Positions 29,072-37,879 of a DNA stretch of 63,724 nucleotides are shown in pieces; position 1 is the stretch's first letter, and each line of letters opens with the position of its first letter. The notes beneath the pieces are model-generated. The model saw only the letters and a list, made by a program, of their open reading frames with translations, was not told the origin of the DNA and ran no database searches. Made by a program: the position numbers and the translations under genes. The stretch spans positions 1 to 63,724 of the IMG/VR virus record IMGVR_UViG_3300044630_000814, one strand, 5' to 3'. This DNA is from a virus. Lineage: Duplodnaviria; Caudoviricetes.

Positions 29072-30618
29072 GCGGTACCGCTTACCATTTCTCGATATAG
29101 GTCGATAATTTTTTCGTGGTTCTCGATATTGCCACGGAGCATGCCGTACAGCCGCTCCTCCACCGGACTGCCCTTGATGTGCACAATGGTCATGGCGTTC
29201 TTCTGGCCGGGGCGATTGATACGGGCGTTTGCCTGTAGGTAGGTTTCCACGCTGGTTACTGGCGCATACCAGATGATTGTGTCTGCTGCCGTAAGCGTAA
29301 GCCCGTGCGATGCAGCCTGTGGCTGTATGAGTAGCACATGTGGGTCTTTCCGTGACTGGAAGTCCTCGACAATCTCACTGCGCTTGTTCATCGACACTTT
29401 CCCGTTGATGACTGCGCAACTAATCTTGTGCTTGGTTAGGTGGGCTTCCAGTAACTCGATGGTGTGCGTGAACGGTATGAATACCAGTACCTTGCTAGTG
29501 GCTTCTTCGATGACCTCCGTAACTACGTTCAAGCGGTTTGATACGTCGAACTCGATGACTTCTTTAGTGTCCGTGTAGACCGCACCACCGCTGATTTGCA
29601 GGAGCTTGTTTATCTTGGTCGCTGCGTTGACCGCGCTGACCTCCTCACCTGCTGCTTCGATGAGCATCTCGTTCTTAAGCTCGTTGTAGTACTTACGCTG
29701 CTGCGGGGTGAGAGGCGCTTCACGTTCAGTATACGTCACTTCCGGTAGGTCGAGGCAGTCCTTCTTCTCAAACCGGATGGCTGGCTGAAGCACACGATGC
29801 ACGATGCGATCAGCGCCGGGTCGAGGTGCCCACTTGAACTGGGTTACCTTTGCCATAACCGAGTCGCGGAACTGGCCGAAATATCTAGGGCAACCGTCAG
29901 GGTTAACCAGCTTGGCGAGACCAAACGCATCGACAGGGCTTTGTGCTGCTGGCGTACCAGTAAGCATCCATAGATATGGGTTAGTGTGTTGCAGGATTTG
30001 CGCGAGCACTTTCCAGCGGTTTGTCTGTGGGTTCTTATAGGCGTTCGCTTCGTCCACTACGATAAGGTCAAAACCACCAGCTATAATCTCGTCCTTGACG
30101 ACAGCTACGCCGTCGAAGTTGATGATGACGAACTCAGCGCCAGCGGCGATAATCTTCTTGCGTTGTTTGGCATCACCGTGGGCGACAGAACAAGACCGGT
30201 GCATAGCAAAGGTGAACATGTCGCGCTGCCATGCCGACTTCATAATCGAGAGAGGTCCAAGCACAAGGACGCGGTTAATCTTACCTAAGTTCAATAGGTA
30301 GTCCGCTGCCCAGATGACGCTTGCCGTCTTACCCGTACCCTGTTCGTTAAAGCAGAAGGCGCGTTTGTGTAGGGTAAGGAACGATGCGGTTGCCTCTTGG
30401 TGGGTGAATGGTTTGAACTTGCCGGTCCACGCGTAGTCGCGCTTGATAGGCGACGGAACATCGGCGAAGCCAAGGGATGCCAGCGTTTGGGCTTCTTTTA
30501 ACCCCCACTTGACGGCCACTTCGCCTGTTTCGATGATTACGCTTTTAGGTATGCTCTGGGTTATTAGGCTTGGGTCGTCAGTCGTTAGGACCAACGCACG
30601 GTTTTCAACGATTTGCAT
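29068..30618 (-). CDS. SNF2-family (SF2) helicase
   Basis: NEQGTGKT, VVDEA, LTGTP, HGLTLT and QANARINRPGQ motifs. Confidence 0.9.
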   Translation of the reverse strand: MQIVENRALVLTTDDPSLITQSIPKSVIIETGEVAVKWGLKEAQTLASLGFADVPSPIKRDYAWTGKFKPFTHQEATASFLTLHKRAFCFNEQGTGKTASVIWAADYLLNLGKINRVLVLGPLSIMKSAWQRDMFTFAMHRSCSVAHGDAKQRKKIIAAGAEFVIINFDGVAVVKDEIIAGGFDLIVVDEANAYKNPQTNRWKVLAQILQHTNPYLWMLTGTPAAQSPVDAFGLAKLVNPDGCPRYFGQFRDSVMAKVTQFKWAPRPGADRIVHRVLQPAIRFEKKDCLDLPEVTYTEREAPLTPQQRKYYNELKNEMLIEAAGEEVSAVNAATKINKLLQISGGAVYTDTKEVIEFDVSNRLNVVTEVIEEATSKVLVFIPFTHTIELLEAHLTKHKISCAVINGKVSMNKRSEIVEDFQSRKDPHVLLIQPQAASHGLTLTAADTIIWYAPVTSVETYLQANARINRPGQKNAMTIVHIKGSPVEERLYGMLRGNIENHEKIIDLYREMVSGTA

Positions 30619-30642
30619 GGGTGTATTTCCACCTTGATAGAG

Positions 30643-30927
30643 TCACTTCTTACGTTTGCGTTCCCGCGTACTTGTTTCCGATACTAGGTTCTTCTTGCTG
30701 TCCCGCTTGAAAGAGCGGTTGGCAGATTTGCTCTCGACGCGCAACCCCGTCTTGTTGCTGCCGCCCTTGTCAAATGCTTTTGTGTGGGCGACATCCTTGC
30801 CGTCACCCTTACTAACTTTACCGGCCTTCATCATCTTGGCACGGGCAGCGTTACGCGCAGCGCGGTTCTTCTTCTGCTCCGCTGTGCCTTGGTACGTCTC
30901 GTACTCGCGTTTGTAATCCCGTGCCAT
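30643..30927 (-). CDS. Small HNH-like protein
   Basis: MARDYKREY...GDGKDVAH...GGSN...LRVES..ANRS pattern. Confidence 0.65.
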   Translation of the reverse strand: MARDYKREYETYQGTAEQKKNRAARNAARAKMMKAGKVSKGDGKDVAHTKAFDKGGSNKTGLRVESKSANRSFKRDSKKNLVSETSTRERKRKK

Positions 30928-31598
30928 TAGCGTCTCCTCGGGCGGTGGTGTTCGCATTCTACCACAGGACACCACCCACATAAAGGGCCACTTTTAGGGT
31001 TCCAAACCCCGCTTAGTTCTGCGTGTTCTAACCTATCCAGCTCATCGCGGAAGGTTTCTAAATACTTGCTCAGCTTCTCACGTTTGTGAACCTTTGGGAT
31101 AAACTCGTTGCTCACTACATATGCTAGAGCAGACTTAACCGTCTTAAGCTCCGGGTAATGCACGAACAACGCGCCAGCCATCAGGTCAAGCTGCTTGGGG
31201 TCTGCGTACTTGCTGTTCTTTCCGGTTTTGTAGTCAACCATGTGGGCCTTGTCGCCGTTGATGATAACAAGGTCAACGATGCCCCTCCACCAAACACCCT
31301 TGTCGAAGAAGCCGCATGGCTCGTAGCCAGCGTCCGTCTTCCTGACACCGAGCTTCAACTCTGTGTGTTTGTCACCTTCGATAACAGCTAGGCTCTCGAC
31401 GATGGGCTTCATGTACGCAAACTTGTTCGGGATTGGTATTCCGTGTTTGACGTAATGCTCTGCCGCTTCGTGAACAGCGGTCCCATAGTCAGCAGCTTCC
31501 CCCGGTTCGTCCTTAACGTCCTTCACAACCTTGAGGTGGAAGTATTTCTTCGGACACTGGTCGAAGGTCTTGATGCTACTATAGGACCACGCTGTCAT
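30927..31598 (-). CDS. PD-(D/E)XK Cas4/RecB-like exonuclease
   Basis: WSYS...CP, GTAVH, GIVDL, VDYKTG, QL..., C-terminal CGWCPVVEC. Confidence 0.85.
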   Translation of the reverse strand: MTAWSYSSIKTFDQCPKKYFHLKVVKDVKDEPGEAADYGTAVHEAAEHYVKHGIPIPNKFAYMKPIVESLAVIEGDKHTELKLGVRKTDAGYEPCGFFDKGVWWRGIVDLVIINGDKAHMVDYKTGKNSKYADPKQLDLMAGALFVHYPELKTVKSALAYVVSNEFIPKVHKREKLSKYLETFRDELDRLEHAELSGVWNPKSGPLCGWCPVVECEHHRPRRR

Positions 31599-31599
31599 G

Positions 31600-32091
31600 T
31601 TATCTGATTTTCCCTTGGAGACGGTCAGCCACTAACGTAGCATAGCCAGCTATATCGGTCCAGCTATCTACATGGTCGGGGTTACCGTTAAGTATACGCG
31701 CAATCTTAGTGGCAATCATATCGAGTGCTTCAACTTGGTCGGCATCCAGCACCGTGGGGTTACCTATGAGGGCTGTGTGGATTAGCGACTTAATATCCTG
31801 TGCAGTCCCCGCTACGGTTTCAAAGCTCCCGTAAGTATTACCACGTTCGTTAAGGATTGCGTCTACGTTAGTATCAGCTTGAACAAACTCTCCGGGCTTA
31901 AGTCCTTGTACGGCTTCCTGTATAGCTTCAACTGCGGCTTCGACTTCGCCCTGTGCTTGGTCTCTCATGTTCTTCCATAACTTCCATGCGTAGTTGTAGC
32001 TTACCGCCATACGCTGGGTTATTTCCGTAGGTGTGTAACCCTGCTTCAACAGTTTGATAACCTTTTCGCCTAGTTTTTTCTTCCTTTGCAT
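31600..32091 (-). CDS. HTH + DUF6378-like (nucleotide-metabolism-associated) protein
   Basis: N-terminal HTH (TPTEITQRMAVSYNY); ILNERG..YG.F...KIARIL.G...H.DSW.DIAGYA. Confidence 0.7.
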   Translation of the reverse strand: MQRKKKLGEKVIKLLKQGYTPTEITQRMAVSYNYAWKLWKNMRDQAQGEVEAAVEAIQEAVQGLKPGEFVQADTNVDAILNERGNTYGSFETVAGTAQDIKSLIHTALIGNPTVLDADQVEALDMIATKIARILNGNPDHVDSWTDIAGYATLVADRLQGKIR

Positions 32092-32108
32092 TTCGTTTGC
32101 TCCTTCGG

Positions 32109-32303
32109 TTAAAGTTTTTCGTAGGCGTTTGGGGTGGGCCAACTCTTGCTGGCAAACTCTTTCAACGCTTCAGCGGTTATGCAGGTGCGGTTCCCGATTT
32201 TAATTATTGGTAAGTTCCCCACTTTAATATGACTGTAGAGGTTGGTCCTTCCTATCCCCGTGGCAGTCACAGCTTCGTTTACACTGTATAGTAACTTCTC
32301 CAT
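32109..32303 (-). CDS. Excisionase/AlpA-like winged HTH
   Basis: LLYSVNEA...GIGRTNLY..IK.G.L...KIG.RT.I; AAGGAGCAA RBS. Confidence 0.75.
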   Translation of the reverse strand: MEKLLYSVNEAVTATGIGRTNLYSHIKVGNLPIIKIGNRTCITAEALKEFASKSWPTPNAYEKL

Positions 32304-32314
32304 TACTTGCTCCT

Positions 32315-33073
32315 TCATTTAAGATTGCCACCGCTCTGCAGGATGTCACCACCAAACACATACGTGCCTACATGGTGCAGCTTGATGAACGGGTGGGCGT
32401 GTATTTTGCCACCGTGGTTGCGCCACAGTTCGCAAAAATGGTAATCTTCGCTTAGCAATGCGCCACTGGCGTCTATGCTGGTAGCGAAAAACTCGTGGGT
32501 CAAAGGCTTGGCATACTCGCCTGTCACTGGGTCTTGGAACGATGATACGCGGTAGGTGGGTACGTGGGGTATAAGGTGCTCGAATACCCCCCGCTTGATG
32601 AGCATGAAGCCTGTGCCACCATGGCGGACCTCAATGCAGCCTGTCTCGTCGCTGTGCACATCTTCACCCCCGACCATGTTGAACACAAATGCTCCGGCAT
32701 GGTTCTCAAGGTCGGACTTACCTGCAAGTGCTGCACGGTTGACGCTATCCCAGTTCACTTCCTTCTTAGGGTAGATACCGCATGCGATGTCCTTGTCGGC
32801 CAGCAACAAGTGCGCGATGGCCTCACTGTCGAAACCAATGTCGGCGTCAATGAACATCAGATAGTCGTGGTCACTCTCAAGGAACACCCGTGCCAGTTCG
32901 TTACGCGCCCGTGTGATAAGGCTCTCGTTCATAATCTGACACCATGCCACATTGACGCCGATTTCCCGCATCTTGTTCATGGTCATCAACAAGCCTTGCA
33001 CATAGTGCCCCGTGCACATGCCCCCATACATGGGTGTGGCAATCATTAGGCTTGGGCGTTTTTCTTCAGTCAT
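32315..33073 (-). CDS. GT-A-fold glycosyltransferase-like protein (middle copy)
   Basis: IATPMYGG, SLITRARN, FIDADI (DxD), GTGFMLI, SEDYHFC, HVG. Confidence 0.75.
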   Translation of the reverse strand: MTEEKRPSLMIATPMYGGMCTGHYVQGLLMTMNKMREIGVNVAWCQIMNESLITRARNELARVFLESDHDYLMFIDADIGFDSEAIAHLLLADKDIACGIYPKKEVNWDSVNRAALAGKSDLENHAGAFVFNMVGGEDVHSDETGCIEVRHGGTGFMLIKRGVFEHLIPHVPTYRVSSFQDPVTGEYAKPLTHEFFATSIDASGALLSEDYHFCELWRNHGGKIHAHPFIKLHHVGTYVFGGDILQSGGNLK

Positions 33074-33227
33074 TTGCTTTTTGCTTTCTCTTTAATTTGT
33101 AATAGCGGCCTTCCACGGAGGCAATCGTAAGCCCCATTCGTTCCGCTATATATGCTGGCCTCAAGCCATGTTGGTAATAAGCCAGTAACTCTGCGTCCTT
33201 CTCAGGAGTCCATACTTTTTTAGGCAC
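33066..33227 (-). CDS. GcrA/Myb-like HTH mini-protein (53 aa, not in ORF track)
   Basis: GAGGAGG RBS, GTG start; MPKKVWTPEKDAELLAYYQHGLRPAYIAERMGLTIASVEGRYYKL. Confidence 0.7.
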   Translation of the reverse strand: MPKKVWTPEKDAELLAYYQHGLRPAYIAERMGLTIASVEGRYYKLKRKQKAND

Positions 33228-33406
33228 TATTTACCTCCTCGGAAACGGCCACGCTCGTCGCGGTCCGTTAATTTATGTAGTTCGGCGTTTAGCCGCTCGT
33301 TCTCGCGCTTAAGTGTAAGGACGTTCCCGTCCGCGCTGCCCTTACCAAGTAAGTATCCAAACGCAGGTAGCGCAATAAAAACTACTACTAATACTAAGAC
33401 TTCCAT
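33227..33406 (-). CDS. Small membrane-anchored protein (59 aa, not in ORF track)
   Basis: AGGAG RBS; N-terminal TM helix, short coiled coil, C-terminal RDERGRF. Confidence 0.65.
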   Translation of the reverse strand: MEVLVLVVVFIALPAFGYLLGKGSADGNVLTLKRENERLNAELHKLTDRDERGRFRGGK

Positions 33407-33425
33407 CTCTGCTCTCCTCTCTTGG

Positions 33426-33941
33426 TTATCTACGTACTAATTTCTTCAACTTCCCAAGCGTTGACCCCAGTGTCGCGCCTGTGCTGCCGTTAGCTATAGG
33501 CAGACTGTTCGGAGACTGCCCCGCTATGTGTGTAACCCCTGCGCTCCGGTACATATCACGGTCCACGTCGTACACACCTAGCTGTCCCACGGCATTCTGA
33601 TACTGCTGCATTTGCTGCATTTGCTGCTGCATTGCTTGCTGCTTCGTAAGTAGCAGTGACTTTGAAAGGTTACGCTCGTACTCCTGCTCTTCAAATACCT
33701 TGCGGCGGCGCTCTTCACCGTTAAGCAACTCGTCCATCACCCGTTCGTGGGTTTCGGCCAGTCGGATTTCCCGTAAACCTTCGGCCATTGCAGCCTTGTC
33801 AGCCTCACTCCCAAAAGCCTGTATCGAATTTACGTGGTCATACCAGCGGTCGTGGAACGGTGCGTCTGCGACCCTAAACTCTTCGGGGTGGCTCTTCATC
33901 CGCTTGAGTAGCAGTGTTACTACCTCGTGTGGCTCACTCAT
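33426..33941 (-). CDS. Hypothetical protein, HPEEF family paralog 1
   Basis: VTLLLKRMKSHPEEF...RW...RVMDELL; paralog of 37583-37879. Confidence 0.75.
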   Translation of the reverse strand: MSEPHEVVTLLLKRMKSHPEEFRVADAPFHDRWYDHVNSIQAFGSEADKAAMAEGLREIRLAETHERVMDELLNGEERRRKVFEEQEYERNLSKSLLLTKQQAMQQQMQQMQQYQNAVGQLGVYDVDRDMYRSAGVTHIAGQSPNSLPIANGSTGATLGSTLGKLKKLVRR

Positions 33942-34339
33942 TGGTCTGCTCCTAGTTTCTCTAGCGTATCCACAAGGTCCCGCGCACGGCGCACAAAACT
34001 ACCAAGCTCGTTGCGTGTTCTGTCGATACGTGAAAGGGTATCCCTTAATGCTTGGATTGTGTGGTACTCGCTAGAGGCCGTTGTCCCCTCTGGTTCGTCA
34101 ACAAGCCAAAGTATGTGTTTCCATTCGACCAGTGACTTCCTACCAAAGTTAGGGGTCCGCAGCATCTCTTCATCTGATATGTGCCTCAGGTCTTTAACCT
34201 TTGGCAGGGGCAACGTGCCAGCTGGCTCAAATGGTCGCCACCCGTGTATGTCTCTGTACATACCAAGGAGGCAGTTGGCCGTCCGTACCGATAGCTCTAG
34301 GTCGTCAATCAGCGTTTCGTTTGTAGGTTTAACCAACAT
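33938..34339 (-). CDS. RNA polymerase alpha-subunit C-terminal-domain-like protein
   Basis: IDDLELSVRTANCL...EEMLRTPNFGRKSLVE matches the RpoA alpha-CTD; AAGGAGCAG RBS. Confidence 0.85.
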   Translation of the reverse strand: MLVKPTNETLIDDLELSVRTANCLLGMYRDIHGWRPFEPAGTLPLPKVKDLRHISDEEMLRTPNFGRKSLVEWKHILWLVDEPEGTTASSEYHTIQALRDTLSRIDRTRNELGSFVRRARDLVDTLEKLGADQ

Positions 34340-34547
34340 GGTCTGCTCCTTCTCTCTGCTTACGTGCCTCGTCAATACGGGCTTGCTGTGCTGCTCGGCG
34401 GCCTTCCCTACCTACAACCTGACGCGCTCGCTCACGGGTAAGCCCATACTTTCGCCCCAAGGCTGCGAACGTGGTTCCTTGCTCCTCGCGTTCCCTATGG
34501 ATTGCTAGGTCTCGCTCGGCATTAACCCTAACTCCTTTAACCGCCAT
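34329..34547 (-). CDS. Sigma70 region-4-like HTH protein
   Basis: GTTFAALGRKYGLTRERARQVV resembles sigma region 4.2 (TLEEVG..F.VTRERIRQIE). Confidence 0.7.
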   Translation of the reverse strand: MAVKGVRVNAERDLAIHREREEQGTTFAALGRKYGLTRERARQVVGREGRRAAQQARIDEARKQREGADHVG

Positions 34548-36354
34548 AACTTTCTCCTATGTGGCTTTCACAGTTTAATGGTAATCCTAACGCCCACTTG
34601 GGGCGTATACGCATGCAAATCTCTACGAACTCTTGGGCGCGTTCGGCTTCTTCTGTTGGGACAATGCAGCCCACAGCGTCATGCACCGTCATGACCACAC
34701 GATACTTACGGGCAATCATCAACATCTGTTCGCCAATCACGATACGAGCGAGAGCCTGACATACATTCTCGATGAGCTTCCCACCGTATATGCGGTTAGG
34801 TATAACCGCCTTACCTCTCTTCTGGTCGTAAATCATCTCTTGCTTGCCATCGGTAAACACCCACCGAAGGTTCGGATATTTGAGGTATAGCCCGTTGGGT
34901 AGTCGGATACCGTTGTATCCTTCAACCTGTACAACGCCAGCAAGCCCAAGGGGTGCTGTCTGGTTGTTAGCGATAGCGTCGAGCGCCTCGCCAGCCTCAC
35001 GCCACAACTCAGGGATTTTAGGGTAAGTCTCCCGATACACCCTGATGATGCGGTCGCATTCGCTTTGCGGTAGGTCCACACCCATTGACTTAAGCTGGAT
35101 GCGGAACTTTTTAGGCCCCATGCCATACCCTGCACCGAGGATTGTTGTCTTACCCACGAACCGCTGGTCCTTGGTCACAGCCTCGCGGTCAACGCCGTAT
35201 ATGGAGGATGCCATAATTTTATAAACGTCCTCGCCTTTCTCGAAGGCATCCACAAGGTCGTTCTGCCCTGCCAGCCACGCTAAGGTCCGCGCTTCAATCT
35301 GCGAGGAGTCGCTGTCCACAAACATATGGTTCGGAGGTGCGAGGATGCAGTCTTTGAGGGGTGAGTTGCGAGGTAGGTTCTGCATGTTAACCTTATCGTC
35401 GCCGCCCCAGCGCCCCGTGTGTGCTGCGTAGTAGCGTAGTGGGATGGGTAGTAGTCCCCGTGTCGCTATGCCCATGAACCGTTCGGTGCGTGTCTCTTCC
35501 AGCGTAGACTTTACCCCTAGCCGCGCAGCTACAAGCGCTTGAACCTGTGGGTCCTCATGCTCCAACAGTGCCTTGAACTCCTCGTCGCTCTTGGCGAACG
35601 CATAGGTCTCCTTGCCCGTGGTTGGGCTAATCTTCGTTGGGGGTGTTACACCTAAGTTTGTTAGTATCTCAGCAAACTTCGGGTTACTCATCAACTGTTC
35701 GCGGTCAGCGTTTATCTTTTCCATGAGCAACGCTTTGTCTTCACGCACTTTACCAAGATGCGTTACCAGTGAGTAGTAACCTACCTCCAGTGTAGGTTCA
35801 GTGAACATGCGTATCGTCAGGTCTATGAGCCGCAGTTCAGCCACAGGGAAGTCCACCGCAAGGCACTCGAAAAGCTTATAGGTAAGCTCCGTGTCGTTGA
35901 CACAATACTCTGCGTAGCGGGATAGCTCGTCTGACGTGAAGTCCAGTCGTCCTTTGCCAAGTGCGTTTACGACCTCGTTGCCTTTTACCCCTAGCTTATA
36001 GTGTTCGGCCAGTGCTTTTAGGCTTCCGCTCACCGACGTGCCGTGCTTGGCCCGTGCCATAGATAGCGTGTCCACTATGCGTTTGGGTCGGATGTCGAAC
36101 TGCCAGTTGAGGATAGCCATGTCGAACATGGCGTTGTGTGCCACGGCGGTCGCCTCGTCCCACGCAAACTGCGAAAGCCATTTTTGCGTAGCTTCCTTCG
36201 GACCGGAGAACCACTGGGCCGGTGCGTCGTTCACCTTTACAGATACGCCGATAGCCTCAAACAACTCATCGCGGATATACTCTTCGGTGGTAACCTTGGA
36301 GAGCGAGTAGGTCCGGTCGTAGTAAGTCTCGAAGTCGATGGTCAGGATGGTCAC
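34537..36354 (-). CDS. polA: DNA polymerase family A with 3'-5' exonuclease
   Basis: IDFET (ExoI), AHNAMFD, YCVND; TGRW, NMQNLP, DSSQIEAR (motif A), KTTILGAGYG (motif B), VHDA (motif C). Confidence 0.9.
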   Translation of the reverse strand: MTILTIDFETYYDRTYSLSKVTTEEYIRDELFEAIGVSVKVNDAPAQWFSGPKEATQKWLSQFAWDEATAVAHNAMFDMAILNWQFDIRPKRIVDTLSMARAKHGTSVSGSLKALAEHYKLGVKGNEVVNALGKGRLDFTSDELSRYAEYCVNDTELTYKLFECLAVDFPVAELRLIDLTIRMFTEPTLEVGYYSLVTHLGKVREDKALLMEKINADREQLMSNPKFAEILTNLGVTPPTKISPTTGKETYAFAKSDEEFKALLEHEDPQVQALVAARLGVKSTLEETRTERFMGIATRGLLPIPLRYYAAHTGRWGGDDKVNMQNLPRNSPLKDCILAPPNHMFVDSDSSQIEARTLAWLAGQNDLVDAFEKGEDVYKIMASSIYGVDREAVTKDQRFVGKTTILGAGYGMGPKKFRIQLKSMGVDLPQSECDRIIRVYRETYPKIPELWREAGEALDAIANNQTAPLGLAGVVQVEGYNGIRLPNGLYLKYPNLRWVFTDGKQEMIYDQKRGKAVIPNRIYGGKLIENVCQALARIVIGEQMLMIARKYRVVMTVHDAVGCIVPTEEAERAQEFVEICMRIRPKWALGLPLNCESHIGESYGG

Positions 36355-36560
36355 TGCTTTGCCGCCTCTTCCACGGTCATCTTGGGGCAGCGGTCGTTTG
36401 GTTTAATCTCGATGCTCTCGATGGTGTAGAAGCTAGGCCCACACTCAACGATGTCTTGAAGCTCGAAAAGTTCCTCGACGTTAATCGTGGTGCTGCGTGG
36501 CCCATCCCCATGGTAATAGGTCAGCGTTACTGTCCAGCGTGGTTTTCCATTAGTAATCAT
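36351..36560 (-). CDS. Hypothetical protein
   Basis: AAGGAGCAA RBS; EELFELQDIVECGPSF motif; coupled to polA. Confidence 0.65.
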   Translation of the reverse strand: MITNGKPRWTVTLTYYHGDGPRSTTINVEELFELQDIVECGPSFYTIESIEIKPNDRCPKMTVEEAAKQ

Positions 36561-36571
36561 TCGCTTGCTCC

Positions 36572-36649
36572 TTAAAATTTAATCTCATCGTCGGCCCAGT
36601 CGTAAATATCCCAGCCGAAATTATCGAACAGGAATTGGCGCAGGGTCAT
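36572..36649 (-). CDS. 25-aa acidic/aromatic peptide ending DDEIKF (not in ORF track)
   Basis: ATGA overlap with the upstream stop; MTLRQFLFDNFGWDIYDWADDEIKF exactly fills the gap to the next RBS. Confidence 0.55.
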   Translation of the reverse strand: MTLRQFLFDNFGWDIYDWADDEIKF

Positions 36650-36996
36650 TTGCTTTGTTCCAGTGCTGCGCGAGCAACATCACCAAAGTCGAGGCTATCA
36701 ATACCCCACGGACCAGTCATCAGTTCCTGTGCGTAATACTCCAAAGCATCCCGCAGCCGCTCAATCTCTGCCGCTTGGGCTTCGATGGTGGCATCGGTCT
36801 GGGCGCGGGTGTTCCATGCTGCGATTGCTTCGGCTTCCGTTTTAAGTTCTACGCTTGGTTGTGCGAGACAGTTATTCTCATCGGAGCAAAATATTAACCA
36901 GTAACCATAAGTGCTATCGCCGGACTTTGGCGGGTTCCCACAAAACGGGCATGGCAATAGCACAGCCTCGCGTTCCTGCTTTGCATCGTTCGTCAT
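36646..36996 (-). CDS. Lar-family (restriction alleviation-like) zinc-ribbon protein
   Basis: LLPCPFCG...C....C...EAIAAWNTRA followed by an EIERLR coiled coil. Confidence 0.7.
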   Translation of the reverse strand: MTNDAKQEREAVLLPCPFCGNPPKSGDSTYGYWLIFCSDENNCLAQPSVELKTEAEAIAAWNTRAQTDATIEAQAAEIERLRDALEYYAQELMTGPWGIDSLDFGDVARAALEQSK

Positions 36997-37367
36997 TGCC
37001 CCTTCTCCCGTATCTCAATCTCAAAACCAGAATTTTCCAATTTGGCGCGGATGTGGTGAGCATAACTTTCTGCGTGTTTTCGGCTTTCAAATCCCGACAA
37101 CACGCTTTCAATAGCATCCACCAGCGGGTCAGGCTTGGGCTTGGGGATGATGAAGCATTGCATATGCTCTGGTGCGTATTCTGCGTAATGGTATTCCGAC
37201 ACAATCGCATCGCTCACCTTTTGCTTAAAGGCTTCGTGTTGTTCGATGGCGCGGCATAGTGCTTCTATTTCAGGCTCGCTGCGATAGAGTTCAAAATAGG
37301 CTAGGTTGCCACGTTCATCTGCTACCTCATTCAGGAGCGCCAAGGCTTTTGCTTCAATGTCGGTCAC
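36993..37367 (-). CDS. Hypothetical protein
   Basis: Coupled overlaps on both sides; ALCRAIEQHEAFKQ motif. Confidence 0.65.
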   Translation of the reverse strand: MTDIEAKALALLNEVADERGNLAYFELYRSEPEIEALCRAIEQHEAFKQKVSDAIVSEYHYAEYAPEHMQCFIIPKPKPDPLVDAIESVLSGFESRKHAESYAHHIRAKLENSGFEIEIREKGQ

Positions 37368-37546
37368 AGCGCCCTCCCTATCTCAATGCCCTTGCGGATG
37401 CCTTGCTCGACCAGACGCATCCAGATGGTGTGGTCGTAATCACCAGCCAAGTAGTTCTGTGACGCCAAGCTATTTTCTTTCCATGCTTGCAGGGCGCAGA
37501 TTTCCCGTGCGGCCTCGCGGATTATCATGTCATCTTCGTTAGTCAT
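37364..37546 (-). CDS. Hypothetical protein
   Basis: AGGAG RBS; AREICA...YLAGDYD. Confidence 0.65.
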   Translation of the reverse strand: MTNEDDMIIREAAREICALQAWKENSLASQNYLAGDYDHTIWMRLVEQGIRKGIEIGRAL

Positions 37547-37582
37547 TCGCTTCTCCTATGATAGTAAGCACACCTAACAGGG

Positions 37583-37879
37583 TTAGGTGCTGCCATCGGT
37601 TAGCAGCGTAGCCATAACCCTGCGACTGAAGCTATCGCCTTGGATGCTCATATACTTATCGTAGAGTATGAGGATTTCACGGTCTGTCAGGAACCCAAGG
37701 GACTCGTGATGCAGCACTGGGTCCTCGTCCGGTGACTTGTTCATAAAGTCTATCCGTGTCTTGACCGCCCCCATTACCCACCTCCACTTTTCGCGGACAT
37801 GTTTGTCTGGGTTGTGGGTATTAAACTCTTCGGGATGAGTATCCATCCGTTGCAGCAAAAGCTCTACACCTTGGTTCAT
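37583..37879 (-). CDS. Hypothetical protein, HPEEF family paralog 2
   Basis: VELLLQRMDTHPEEF...KW...RRVMATLL. Confidence 0.75.
   Translation of the reverse strand: MNQGVELLLQRMDTHPEEFNTHNPDKHVREKWRWVMGAVKTRIDFMNKSPDEDPVLHHESLGFLTDREILILYDKYMSIQGDSFSRRVMATLLTDGST

Noticed and set aside
30927-31598. Cas4 as part of a CRISPR-Cas system
   Set aside because: No other cas genes or array; stand-alone Cas4-like nucleases are routine in phage replication modules.
32109-32303. Integration module implied by the excisionase-like gene
   Set aside because: No tyrosine or serine recombinase and no att-like site recognised anywhere in the window.
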